A stretch of 64,000 nt of DNA from Dehalococcoidia bacterium. Lineage in GTDB: Bacteria > Chloroflexota > Dehalococcoidia > Plut-88900. Positions 39,371-48,537 of this stretch are shown piece after piece. A program made the translations under genes and the position numbers. The notes below the pieces were generated by a model. That model was given only the letters and a program-made list of their open reading frames with translations. It ran no database searches and was not told where the DNA came from. The stretch covers positions 896,001 through 960,000 of the forward strand of contig CBDBLV010000005.1 of NCBI GenBank assembly GCA_965207225.1, read 5' to 3'. How positions within the stretch are numbered: position 1 is the stretch's first letter; each line of letters starts with the position of its first letter.

Positions 39371-40312
39371 TTAGGCCGGTCGGAGGGCGTTGCTGATCAG
39401 GCGAATGTGGTCTCGGCCTATGCCGCAGCAGCCCCCGACTACCCGGGCGCCGAGGCCTATCCATTCTCGCACGAGTTGTACGTAGGCCTCAGGGGTAGTG
39501 ACCTCTTCGTAGTTACGTTGGGGTACGGCGAAGAAGATGCCGGAGTTGGCGTAGGCGGCAAGGGGGCCCTTCCATTTCGAGCGGGCGGCCCTTAGACCGG
39601 GGCTGATGCAGTGAACCTCGCTGTGCATCACGGCGAGCAGGGACCCGCCGATGGCCATGACCTGCTCAAGGGTCTCGATGAAGTCGAGGTCGGATGGGGC
39701 GGTGGCTTCGACCTCGGAGAGCATGTGAAGGTCGCCCTCAGGGGTGAGGGCACAACTGAGGCCGACCCATACGGGAAGACCCGTCTCCAACGCCGCCCTT
39801 AGGAGTGCGCCGCCATGGACGGGCTCCCGAATCATCTCGAGGAGCAGGAAGTCGGCGCCGGCTTCGGCGAGGGTGTGGGCCTGGCGTCGGTAGCTCTCTT
39901 CAATGACGGGGAACGGGAGGAGGGGCCTCTCCCTCCGGCTGAAGGCGTATATCCCAAAGCTGGACAGGGACCCGGCAACCCATATCGGCCTGGTCGGGAC
40001 GGTGCTGTCGATGGCCTCCCTGACGAGTTGGACGGACAGCGCGTTCAGTTCGTCGGCGCGGTCTCCGAGTCCTGCGGCTTCCAGGTTGTGGGGTGAGGAA
40101 GCGTAGGAATTAGAGGTTATGATGTCGGCGCCGGCGTCAATGTAGTCCTGATGGAGGCGGCGCACGGTGTCGGGGTGGGTGCTCAAGGCAGAGGCACACC
40201 ACGCAGGCCCGTTTACGGGCACGCCCATTTTGTCGAGTTCGGTGCCGACCGCTCCGTCGAGGATGAGGGTCGGGCCGGAGTCAAGTCGGGCCTGGAGTTC
40301 GGCTACACCCAC
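39371..40312 (-). CDS. Homocysteine S-methyltransferase family protein
   Basis: ILDGAVGTEL, AGADIITSNSY, YAN, VGGCCGIG. Confidence 0.9.
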   Translation of the reverse strand: MGVAELQARLDSGPTLILDGAVGTELDKMGVPVNGPAWCASALSTHPDTVRRLHQDYIDAGADIITSNSYASSPHNLEAAGLGDRADELNALSVQLVREAIDSTVPTRPIWVAGSLSSFGIYAFSRRERPLLPFPVIEESYRRQAHTLAEAGADFLLLEMIREPVHGGALLRAALETGLPVWVGLSCALTPEGDLHMLSEVEATAPSDLDFIETLEQVMAIGGSLLAVMHSEVHCISPGLRAARSKWKGPLAAYANSGIFFAVPQRNYEEVTTPEAYVQLVREWIGLGARVVGGCCGIGRDHIRLISNALRPA

Positions 40313-41631
40313 GGCGAGTGGCTGTTGTTACTGCCGAAGGTCTTGCCATCCGAGTAGCGGCTGAAGGCGAAGGGCTTGAGGTCGGGGACGTCCTCTCCCA
40401 TGAGGAGCTTTGAGACCAGCTTGCCGAGGCCGATCATTTTGAAGCCGTGGTTGCTATCTTCGATCATGTAGACGTTTGGAGCTACCCAGTCGAGGACGGG
40501 GAGGTTGTCGGGGGTGAAGGCGCCTATGCCGCCGTTGGGGCGCTGCTTGAAGGAAGACCGTATGCCCTCGAAGCGGGACATGGTGGCGCCCATGGCGGCG
40601 CAGAAGTAGTCGGCGAACTCGGGCTCGGCCTGGTAGAGTTCGTTGGCGTGGCCGTAGGGGTCAACGACGGCGTCGGGGCCGATCTTGACGGGGGTTATGC
40701 CGCCCTGGAGGCCAGGCCTTTCCATGCGCTCGTTGGCGTTCTTGAAGTAGACGTAGAGATAGTCCCGGAGCTGTTCGCCGGTGTGCTCATCGTAAACTGG
40801 GGTGCTCATCTTCTCGATGTGGAGGATTGGAGGGTTCTTGCCCTCGGGGGTGAGGTAGGGCTCGTCGAAGTAGACCTCGCCTTCCCGAAGTCTCCAGAAA
40901 GTCCACATATCCTTGTTGACCACGGAGCCGTCGGGGTAAGAGCAGTCGATGTGCGAAGACTTGCCGAGCATGGCCCAGTGCTTAGGGGTCCACGCTCCCA
41001 AGGCCCAGATGACGGCATCGCAGTCGATGTCGCCCTGGTTGGTGGTTACGGCCTTGACGGATCCGGCGCGGGTGTCGTAGCCGGTAACCTCTACGCCGGT
41101 GCGGATTTCCACGCCGTGCTGCTCACACTTCTCGACCAGGCCACGAAGGACGTTCCGAGTACCGACGTAGCCGCTGACGCGTTCGTCGAGGGCTACGTCA
41201 ATGCCCTCGGTCTTGAAGTCGGGCCAGATAGAGGTGAGGAAGTCCCGGGCTTCCTTGCCGACGTAGAGATTGGAAGTGTAGTCGGAGGCCTGATGGGACT
41301 TGTGCATCTTTTCGAAGTCGGGGGTCTGGTTGGCCTCGCCGCAGGAGACATAACCGACCTGCTGGAAGCCGAGGTTGATGGGGTCCGACATCCAGACGTC
41401 GACGCTGTGGCGGAGGATGGGGTGAAGGGCCTCGGTCATGTAGAAGTTGCGGACGTTGCCGCAGGCTACGCCGGTAGCACCCGCCCCGACATGGCTCTTT
41501 TCGAGGATGAGGATGTCGCGGCCGGAGCCCTGGCCCCGGGCCTTTAGTTCCATGGCAAGGTGCCAAGCGGTGCTCATACCGTGGATGCCGGCGCCGACGA
41601 TTACGTATTTTCGAGACTCATTAGTGGGCAT
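40303..41631 (-). CDS. FAD-dependent oxidoreductase, MgdA/sarcosine oxidase beta-like
   Basis: GAGIHGMSTAWHLA..GAGATGVACGNVRN, FTPDNLP, DSNHGFKM. Confidence 0.82.
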   Translation of the reverse strand: MPTNESRKYVIVGAGIHGMSTAWHLAMELKARGQGSGRDILILEKSHVGAGATGVACGNVRNFYMTEALHPILRHSVDVWMSDPINLGFQQVGYVSCGEANQTPDFEKMHKSHQASDYTSNLYVGKEARDFLTSIWPDFKTEGIDVALDERVSGYVGTRNVLRGLVEKCEQHGVEIRTGVEVTGYDTRAGSVKAVTTNQGDIDCDAVIWALGAWTPKHWAMLGKSSHIDCSYPDGSVVNKDMWTFWRLREGEVYFDEPYLTPEGKNPPILHIEKMSTPVYDEHTGEQLRDYLYVYFKNANERMERPGLQGGITPVKIGPDAVVDPYGHANELYQAEPEFADYFCAAMGATMSRFEGIRSSFKQRPNGGIGAFTPDNLPVLDWVAPNVYMIEDSNHGFKMIGLGKLVSKLLMGEDVPDLKPFAFSRYSDGKTFGSNNSHSPWV

Positions 41632-41697
41632 GGGACTTCCTCCGGATAGCAAGGGACGCTGAGTTTCGGGGAGTGTAGGGCGGGGTGTGGGGTGGGG

Positions 41698-42117
41698 TCA
41701 AGGGAGGGGGGTGGTGAAGGGGTTGATGACGCGGAGGCCCTGGTAGTCCTGGAGTGGGTTTAGGTCCTCGGTGTATACGACATCGCAGGAGAGGGCTCGG
41801 GCGGCGGCGAGAATGGCGGCATCCCAGTAGGAGATTTGGAAGCGCTGGGAGAAGGATACGGCGGATTGGAAGATCTCGAGGGTGACGGGAAGGATGGGGA
41901 ATTTCAGAATGTCGACCAAGAAATCCAGAGCTTCATGGTGTGTCAAGGGAGCAAATTGGTTAGTGCGGGTGGCCTGATAGTAGAACTCCTGTAGAACTTG
42001 AACGGATATGGCTAGATTGCCTTCGTTCAAAAGCTCCCGGGCGAGCACGCGCTTTCGGGCCTCTTGAGGGATTACGCTTGTTGCGTAAAGGAGAACGTTG
42101 GTATCAACGAAGCGCAT
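41698..42117 (-). CDS. PIN-domain VapC toxin
   Basis: MRFVDTNVLLYA, QVLQEF, SYWDAAI, TEDL, INPF. Confidence 0.92.
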   Translation of the reverse strand: MRFVDTNVLLYATSVIPQEARKRVLARELLNEGNLAISVQVLQEFYYQATRTNQFAPLTHHEALDFLVDILKFPILPVTLEIFQSAVSFSQRFQISYWDAAILAAARALSCDVVYTEDLNPLQDYQGLRVINPFTTPLP

Positions 42118-42373
42118 TGCGATCGTAGATGGCTTCACGAGGGAGTATCTCGGACACTCCTCGACCTCTGGCGTCAAACTCTTCAAAGAACTTCTTGAGG
42201 CGGCGACGTCGTTCCAGAGGGGTCTCCAAATCTTTGTCGGCGGACGAACGAGTACCGGCGAGGGAGTGGAGATATTTCCTGACTAGAGCGGATATGGAGA
42301 CTCCCATCTGCGCGGCCCTAATGCGGGCGCGATGATCGGCCTGCTCGTCAATGTAGACCGTAATGTTCTTCAT
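42104..42373 (-). CDS. Ribbon-helix-helix antitoxin, cognate to the PIN toxin
   Basis: MKNITVYIDE..ARIRAA..SISALVR; overlaps the toxin start. Confidence 0.85.
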   Translation of the reverse strand: MKNITVYIDEQADHRARIRAAQMGVSISALVRKYLHSLAGTRSSADKDLETPLERRRRLKKFFEEFDARGRGVSEILPREAIYDRNALR

Positions 42374-42445
42374 GGAGTGTTCTCAAGATAGTCGGGGGCA
42401 CTGTGGGAACTAACTCTGTATGAATGGCTTTTCCCTCTGCCAGTT

Positions 42446-42688
42446 CTATCCTATGCGTGAGCCGCCGCTGGTTGCAGTAATTTCTGCGATTGTCTCCTGT
42501 ATGAGCCTTAGTCTTTGTTGTTCAGGCGTTTCGCCCTTCAGCGCGGGTATTTCACTCTTACGGGGTTCGGCTGCCAGGCGATTGATGAAGACTCTTACCA
42601 GAGCGGATAGAGAGGTGCCCTTCTCTGCGGCGAGGGTGCGGACCTGACGGTGGGTCTGTTCATCTATTGAGACGGTTATTTTCTTCAT
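42446..42688 (-). CDS. Second antitoxin paralog, possibly truncated
   Basis: MKKITVSIDE..AAEKGTSLSALVR; stops before the PRE-like C-terminal motif of its paralog. Confidence 0.7.
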   Translation of the reverse strand: MKKITVSIDEQTHRQVRTLAAEKGTSLSALVRVFINRLAAEPRKSEIPALKGETPEQQRLRLIQETIAEITATSGGSRIG

Positions 42689-42788
42689 AGCCGTCATATC
42701 TCTGTGTGGCACAGTATAGTCAATTAGGAATTTTGGTGCAAGCTGCGATGGTCTAGACGTAGGATAATGCGAGCACTGTATGGATGGC

Positions 42789-43223
42789 TTAGAACCGGGT
42801 TTGGATGCGGGAGGAGGCGTCGAAGAAGTACTGGAAGGTCTGGTTGTAGCGGAAGAAGAAGTCGAGGCGGTAGCCATCTTCGTTGAGGGAGTGGGCGATG
42901 CTGTCGGGGGACTTGTTGAGGTCGAGGCTGTTGAGGGAGTGGTCGAGGTCGGCGGAGCCGTTCTGGGCGATGTTCTCGAGCATTTCCCGCCACTCGTCGG
43001 GGGTCATTTCCAGGTAGAAGTCGGCCTCGTAGAGGTCGTCCTCGCCGGCTTCACGGGCGGAGCTGCACTCGAAGCCTTCAAAGACGAGGACGTAAATTTC
43101 GTCTCCAATCTTCAGGCCGACTATTGCGTCGCAGGAGCCGCCGCCGGCGGTCTGGTACTCGTCCTCGCTGTTGAATACCTGGCGGACGGCCTCGAACCAT
43201 TCCACGGAGGGGAAGCGGGGCAT
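42789..43223 (-). CDS. Hypothetical protein, SCP2-like
   Basis: MPRFPSVEWF...FFRYNQTFQYFFDAS; TAATG coupling with the upstream amidohydrolase. Confidence 0.75.
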   Translation of the reverse strand: MPRFPSVEWFEAVRQVFNSEDEYQTAGGGSCDAIVGLKIGDEIYVLVFEGFECSSAREAGEDDLYEADFYLEMTPDEWREMLENIAQNGSADLDHSLNSLDLNKSPDSIAHSLNEDGYRLDFFFRYNQTFQYFFDASSRIQTRF

Positions 43224-44308
43224 TATGCGCCTCCTTCGGAATCGTTGATGCCGTACATGGCGAGGGGGTTGTCCCTGAGGATGGCCTTCTTCTGGCTCTC
43301 GGTGATGTCTACCCGCTCCCAGATGTGGTCGATGCTGTTGGGGAAGTCGTTGTCCCAGTGGGGCCAGTCGGAGGCGTAGACGAGGGCGTCGTCGCCGAGG
43401 ATGTCGATGGTCTGGGGGAGGAGCTTTTCGTCGGGTTCGAGGTGGACGAAGACGTTGCTGCTGCGGAGGTACTCGCTGGGAGGGCGCTTGCAGTCGGGGG
43501 CTTCGACTTTGCCGCGGAGCTCCCACTCCTCGTCGAGGCGGTCGAGCATGTAGGGAACCCAGGTGCAACCGGCTTCTAGGAAGGCGACGCGGAGCCGTGG
43601 GAAGAGCTCGAAGATGCCCTCGAGAGCGAGGCTGGTCATCTGGATGATCTGGGAGACGGGGAAGCCGACGGCGTGGCGCTGGATGAAGCGGGTGTAGGGG
43701 ATGTACTCGGCGGTGGCGTGGCCGCCGTGGATGGCGACGGTGGTGTTGAGGTCCTGGGCCTCGGCGAAGAAGGGGTGGTTCTGTTTCTTGCCGATGAGGC
43801 CGTAGCCGACCGCGGGCGTGAAGGCACCGGCGAACCCAAGCTCCGTTACGGACCGGCGCAGCTCTCTGGCTGATTCCTCCGCGTCGAGGAGGGGCATGAC
43901 GGCGACTGCTCCGAAGCGGTCGTCGGCCTGGAGCCAGTGGTCGTGCAGCCAGGAGTTATAGGCCCGGGTGACGGCCACGGTGTATTCGGGGTCAACGAGC
44001 ATGGAATAGGGGAGGAAGGCGGTGGGATAGAGGTAGGTCTTTTCGACGCCGGCTTCGTCCATGATGGCGAGCCAGTCGGAGGGGAAGGGGAAGCCGGGAG
44101 GGCCGTTGGTGCCGAGGGTCCCGCCCATGGTCGGGTCCATTCCGGGCTGCTTGGGTACCAGGGTGTTGTTGGAATAGACCGTACCGTCTGCGTTGGCCTT
44201 CCAGGCATGGAGGTAGGCGTCGTAGGGGGGAGGCATGTAGGTGGCGATAATCTCCTCGGGCTCGTTGATGTGGCCGTCAGAGTCGATGACCTTGAAGGGG
44301 GGTCTCAT
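43223..44308 (-). CDS. Amidohydrolase family 2 protein
   Basis: IDSDGH, LYPT, EAGCTW, ASDWPHWD. Confidence 0.9.
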   Translation of the reverse strand: MRPPFKVIDSDGHINEPEEIIATYMPPPYDAYLHAWKANADGTVYSNNTLVPKQPGMDPTMGGTLGTNGPPGFPFPSDWLAIMDEAGVEKTYLYPTAFLPYSMLVDPEYTVAVTRAYNSWLHDHWLQADDRFGAVAVMPLLDAEESARELRRSVTELGFAGAFTPAVGYGLIGKKQNHPFFAEAQDLNTTVAIHGGHATAEYIPYTRFIQRHAVGFPVSQIIQMTSLALEGIFELFPRLRVAFLEAGCTWVPYMLDRLDEEWELRGKVEAPDCKRPPSEYLRSSNVFVHLEPDEKLLPQTIDILGDDALVYASDWPHWDNDFPNSIDHIWERVDITESQKKAILRDNPLAMYGINDSEGGA

Positions 44309-44568
44309 GGAGGGCCTCCGGGGGGTGGAATGGAGGGATTATAGCAGGGAGGCCGACCGGACACTCCACCCGCTCCGCTCTTGAGACCCCCTTCGAGGGG
44401 ACATCCGCCTGAGGCGGATGAGCGGCCCCGCGCCGGGGAAGGCGCCCACGAGGGACGCCACTGCGGCGGATATCAGCGTGGGAGGCGTCCAGGGTACCCA
44501 CGAGGGGCACCCCTACAGGGAGAGGGAAAGGCCAGGATATTCAGTTTTGGGACTGAGTTTCAATAGGG

Positions 44569-45750
44569 TCAGGGCGGGGGGCGGCCCCGGGCGATGCGGG
44601 GTTTGGGGTTGGGGGGTGGGCTGGGGTCGGGCCATTCGGGGGACCCGCCGGTCGCGTCTATGGGGGAGGAGAACGAGTCCGTTTCCCAGTAGTTCGGGGC
44701 GCCTGCCCCGATGGGAGTGAAGGAAGGAGGAGGGTCGAGCGCAGCCTGGGTTGGGGTATGGGGATGGGTTCCCCCGCCTTCGCAGGGGCAGGCTCTGTCC
44801 TCTACAGGAACGACGGATGGAAGGGTGTGGGTGGGAAGGGACGGGGTCGGCTCAGGTGTGGGCGCGTCAGATTCCTCGCGGGGCATCGGAATGGGAAGGG
44901 GGGCGGGGATGGATTCCCGATCGGAGTCGGGAATGACGGAGGGAGAGAGGGGTGGGTCGTCGTCGGGAGGTTGGTAGAGGTGAGGGGGGAGGGGGCGCAT
45001 TCCGAAGGGCGGTGGTTCTTCTTCGTCGGTCGGATTGTCTACAAAGGGGGAGCCGTGTTCCCGCTCCCAGGCATCCTTGACTTCCAGCAGGGAGTCCAGC
45101 AGTTCAGGGTGGATGGGAAGGAGGTTGTCGTAGCGGGTCAAGTCCTTGCCGGGTGAGGCCATGATCATGGGGAGGAGTTCCCGGTAGCCGATGATGCGGT
45201 CGGCCATGGTGGACTCCCAGAACCTTCTCATGCCTGCGGCAATCTTGTCGACTTCCTCGTCCGATTCGTTGTTGAAGTAGCGGGCCTTGACGGTGGTACA
45301 CCTGGCGATGAGGTTGAGGCATCGGAAGAGATAGGGGTAGTTGATGCGGCGCCTGCTCAAGAGGCGGTTGGCAAGGGAACGTAGGAGAGCGATCTCCTGC
45401 TCGATGTCCTGGCCCTCGGGGGCCAGACGCGGCAACGAGCCTTCGGCTAAGCCGGCTTTACCGGACCCGTCGCGGTTTTGCGGGTACGGTCTTCCGCGTC
45501 GACTGCGCTCCTGGCGTGCAGGGGCGGGGGTGCGGGTCTTCTTCTGCGGTAGGTTGCCGCAGGCATCCGGGGCCTGGAGGAGTGCTCCTTGAGGAGCCGG
45601 GCCCCGGGGGTTCTTCCGCGGCGCAGGGCCGCGGGCATCCGGGGCCGGGTCGGGCCCCGGGGAGGGATCAACCGCCTCTTGAGCGGACGCCCCGTTGGAG
45701 GGGCGATGGTCTATTGACAATGGTTTGTTGTGAAGTTTGGGTGTAGACAT
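44569..45750 (-). CDS. Hypothetical protein (helical core DIEQEIALLR; Pro-rich, REP-derived C-terminus)
   Basis: 393-aa open frame directly behind a promoter; the core resembles Dehalococcoidia hypothetical proteins (from recall). Confidence 0.55.
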   Translation of the reverse strand: MSTPKLHNKPLSIDHRPSNGASAQEAVDPSPGPDPAPDARGPAPRKNPRGPAPQGALLQAPDACGNLPQKKTRTPAPARQERSRRGRPYPQNRDGSGKAGLAEGSLPRLAPEGQDIEQEIALLRSLANRLLSRRRINYPYLFRCLNLIARCTTVKARYFNNESDEEVDKIAAGMRRFWESTMADRIIGYRELLPMIMASPGKDLTRYDNLLPIHPELLDSLLEVKDAWEREHGSPFVDNPTDEEEPPPFGMRPLPPHLYQPPDDDPPLSPSVIPDSDRESIPAPLPIPMPREESDAPTPEPTPSLPTHTLPSVVPVEDRACPCEGGGTHPHTPTQAALDPPPSFTPIGAGAPNYWETDSFSSPIDATGGSPEWPDPSPPPNPKPRIARGRPPP

Positions 45751-45764
45751 TAGGTCTGAACATT

Positions 45765-45792
45765 AGTATAGAACGTACATAACAGAAGTCAA
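45765..45792 (-). promoter_or_regulatory. Sigma70-type promoter with an overlapping LexA-like box
   Basis: TTGACT-16 nt-TATACT on the minus strand; ATAC-TAAT-GTTC overlaps the -10. Confidence 0.55.
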
Positions 45793-45947
45793 TAGGCAGA
45801 GGGGGCGCAGTTTTGGGGGAGTTTCTCCCCGGGCCCCTGGGGAACCCTCACCCCCTTGGTCCCCCTCACCCCCTTGGTCCCCCTCTCCCCCTCGAGGGAC
45901 TCGGGGCAGGCTCTTAGGGCCTATAAGGGAGAGGGGGAGAGAAGAAC

Positions 45948-45986
45948 AGAGGCCCAGGTGCGTGCGGAGCACGCACCTGGGCCTCT
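45948..45986. repeat. Perfect 18-bp hairpin, module 2 copy B
   Basis: AGAGGCCCAGGTGCGTGC-GGA-GCACGCACCTGGGCCTCT. Confidence 0.88.
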
Positions 45987-46067
45987 AGTTCAGTACTGGG
46001 GGAGGAGATCACCCCCTCGGCCACCCCGGGGAGTAATATGAGTCCCACCCGCCCTCCCTGTTTTATT

Positions 46068-46108
46068 GAATTATCAGAAATGCCGCTTGGCGGCATTTCT
46101 GATAATTC
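46068..46108. repeat. Perfect 19-bp hairpin, module 1 copy B
   Basis: GAATTATCAGAAATGCCGC-TTG-GCGGCATTTCTGATAATTC. Confidence 0.9.
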
Positions 46109-46179
46109 TTTGCCAAGGGGGATGCTAGGAAGTGGCGAGAGTTGCAAAGAGTGGGATGGGTCCAAAGAAGGGCGTGACA

Positions 46180-46500
46180 GATCCTTCGCGGGGCATCGGG
46201 ATGGGAGAGGAGAAGGGGGTGGGTGGGGTTGGCGATGGAGGTGTAACGGATTGTAAAAGCGTGAGCCTCCCCCCACTCATACTTCGAGGGCCTCAGCATG
46301 AGCGGCCCCACACCACCGGGGAAGGCACCCACGAGGGATGCCCCTACGGGGAAGGAGGACCCTTCCACACCACCCTGCGGGATGGATTCCCGATCGGGGT
46401 CGGGAATGACGGATAGGGAGTAGGATGTGCGTGGCAAGGGGCAGGGTTGATCTAGGGAGGGGCGCTGGAGATTCCTCGCGGGGCCTCGGAATGACAGGGA
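46180..46500. repeat. Cluster of REP-like palindromes
   Basis: CTCATACTTCGAGGGCCTCAGCATGAGCG, ...CCCCTAC at 46347, GGATTCCCGATCGGGGTCGGGAATGAC, AGATTCCTCGCGGGGCCTCGGAATGAC. Confidence 0.8.
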
Positions 46501-46593
46501 AGGGCGTGGGTGGGGTTGGGGGAGGGATGGGGGAACAAAAGCGGGAGGTGAATCGTCTAACAGTCCATACACAGCAGAAGGAGAACCAGAGAC

Positions 46594-48447
46594 ATGCTGT
46601 TTAGACGATTCGTTCTGGCAAGCGCCCTGGCTTTAGTGATGGCGCTAGTGGGGTTTGGGTGCGGAATGAGCGCAACTGCGACTCCGGAACCGATGCGGGA
46701 AGATTCGGACTCTTATATCGTGCCTGCCGCCCCAATTCCCACGGCGATGATGGATGAGCCGGACATGGCTATGCCCGCGACAACGTCCACACCAGTACCT
46801 GCACCGGGTTCATATCGGGTCACGGCTATGCCTGAGCCGACGGCCATGCCCGACAGCGAGGAGGCGATGTATGAGGAAGAGGAGGCAATGGCTGAAAGTT
46901 CTTCTAGCTCCTATACGGTGGCAGAGGACTCGGGGGGGACGATAAGGTCTCTTTCGAGCAGTGAGCCGGCGCTGGCGCCAGTACCTACTGCCGTGCCTTC
47001 CGCTACGACATTCCAGGACTACCGGCAAAGCCCTTTGGTGGCGGCGAGTCGGGATCGGACGTCGACTTTCAGCCTTGACACGGACCGTACATCGTTCCAG
47101 CTGGCGTTGAACTGGGCCAGGAACGGATACCAGATCGATCCGGACTCCGTCAGGGCCGAGGAGTGGGTCAACGCGTTCCATTACGGATATCAGAAGCCGC
47201 ATCGACAGGACAGCTTCGCAATCTCGACGGCGCTGGTGGAGCATCCGCTGCAGAGCGAGATGCACCTGGCCCGGATAACCTTCCAGGCGCCCGATGTGAG
47301 AGACGAACACAGGCCACTTAACGTAACGCTGGTGCTGGATGCATCGGGGTCGATGGCGGACGGGAACCGGGTGGAGATAGCCAGGGCGGCGGCGGATTCG
47401 ATCAGGAAGAGCCTGGGTCGCAATGACCGCATTTCGATAGTGCAGTTTTCGGATAACGTGCTGCACCAGTACACGGTAGAGGGTCGGGGGCCGGATGACC
47501 GGGAGGTCAGCAGATCGATAGGCAACCTTCGGCCCAACAACAGTACGAACGTGCAGGCGGGGCTGAACTTAGGCGTGCAGATCGCAGACAGGATGCGCGA
47601 TGACCGGCCAAACGCTTATAACTACATCATCCTGATGTCGGACGGGGTTGCGAACGTAGATGCCACGGACCCGTTTGCCATCCTGCGGACGGCGGGGGAC
47701 CGCCAGAGCAACAACCCCCTGCGCCTGATTACCATAGGCGTCGGGATTGAGAACTACAACGACTACCTGCTGGAGCAGCTGGCGCAGCACGGCAACGGAT
47801 GGTACAGGTACCTGGATGACCAGACACAGGCCCGGGCGACGTTCAGAAGGGACAACTGGATGACGATCTCGACTCCGTTTGCGGACCAGACTCGGGCGCA
47901 GGTTATCTGGGACCCGGCCAAGGTGGACTCCTGGAGGCTGGTGGGCTACGAGAATCGGATTGCCCCCGACCAGGCATTCGTGGAGAACCGCAAGGAATTT
48001 GCGGAAATCCCCTCGGGGGCGGCTACAACGGTCTTCTTCGAGCTTCAGCTCACTCCGCATGCGGGCGGATGGTCCGGGGAGGCCGTTGACCTGGGAGACG
48101 TACACCTGAGGTGGGTGACACCGATAAGCGGGGAGACCCGGCAGCAGGATGCGGACATCCGGGGCCACTCCAACATCCGGTTCGAGGAATCGGGGGACGA
48201 CATGCTTAGGTTCGGGGCGGTTGTTGCGCTGGTGTCGGACAGGTACGGCGGGCTGCCTTACGTGCAGACGGAGGGGGCGTCGATTGTGGGGCACGACCTG
48301 AGGACGCTGGACAGCTGGCTTCGGTACATCGAGCCGTCGTTGTCCCACCTGGACTCCTTCAACGACTTTGCGTTCGTGCTGGGGCAGTTGATAGATACGC
48401 TGCCGAGGTACGAGGGGGCGTCGGGGGGTTCGGGGTACAGTCCATAG
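46594..48447 (+). CDS. VWA-domain lipoprotein (YfbK-like)
   Basis: GFGC lipobox, STFSLDTD, VRAEEWVNAF, MIDAS DASGSM, SDGVAN, RLVGYENR. Confidence 0.9.
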   Translation: MLFRRFVLASALALVMALVGFGCGMSATATPEPMREDSDSYIVPAAPIPTAMMDEPDMAMPATTSTPVPAPGSYRVTAMPEPTAMPDSEEAMYEEEEAMAESSSSSYTVAEDSGGTIRSLSSSEPALAPVPTAVPSATTFQDYRQSPLVAASRDRTSTFSLDTDRTSFQLALNWARNGYQIDPDSVRAEEWVNAFHYGYQKPHRQDSFAISTALVEHPLQSEMHLARITFQAPDVRDEHRPLNVTLVLDASGSMADGNRVEIARAAADSIRKSLGRNDRISIVQFSDNVLHQYTVEGRGPDDREVSRSIGNLRPNNSTNVQAGLNLGVQIADRMRDDRPNAYNYIILMSDGVANVDATDPFAILRTAGDRQSNNPLRLITIGVGIENYNDYLLEQLAQHGNGWYRYLDDQTQARATFRRDNWMTISTPFADQTRAQVIWDPAKVDSWRLVGYENRIAPDQAFVENRKEFAEIPSGAATTVFFELQLTPHAGGWSGEAVDLGDVHLRWVTPISGETRQQDADIRGHSNIRFEESGDDMLRFGAVVALVSDRYGGLPYVQTEGASIVGHDLRTLDSWLRYIEPSLSHLDSFNDFAFVLGQLIDTLPRYEGASGGSGYSP

Positions 48448-48537
48448 GGTATTGCAAGCTGAAGAGGCTCGTGGGACGGGGCCCGGGTTTAGCTCGGGCC
48501 CCGTATCGCATGGCCCCGCCCCCATCCCGTTCGGTTG

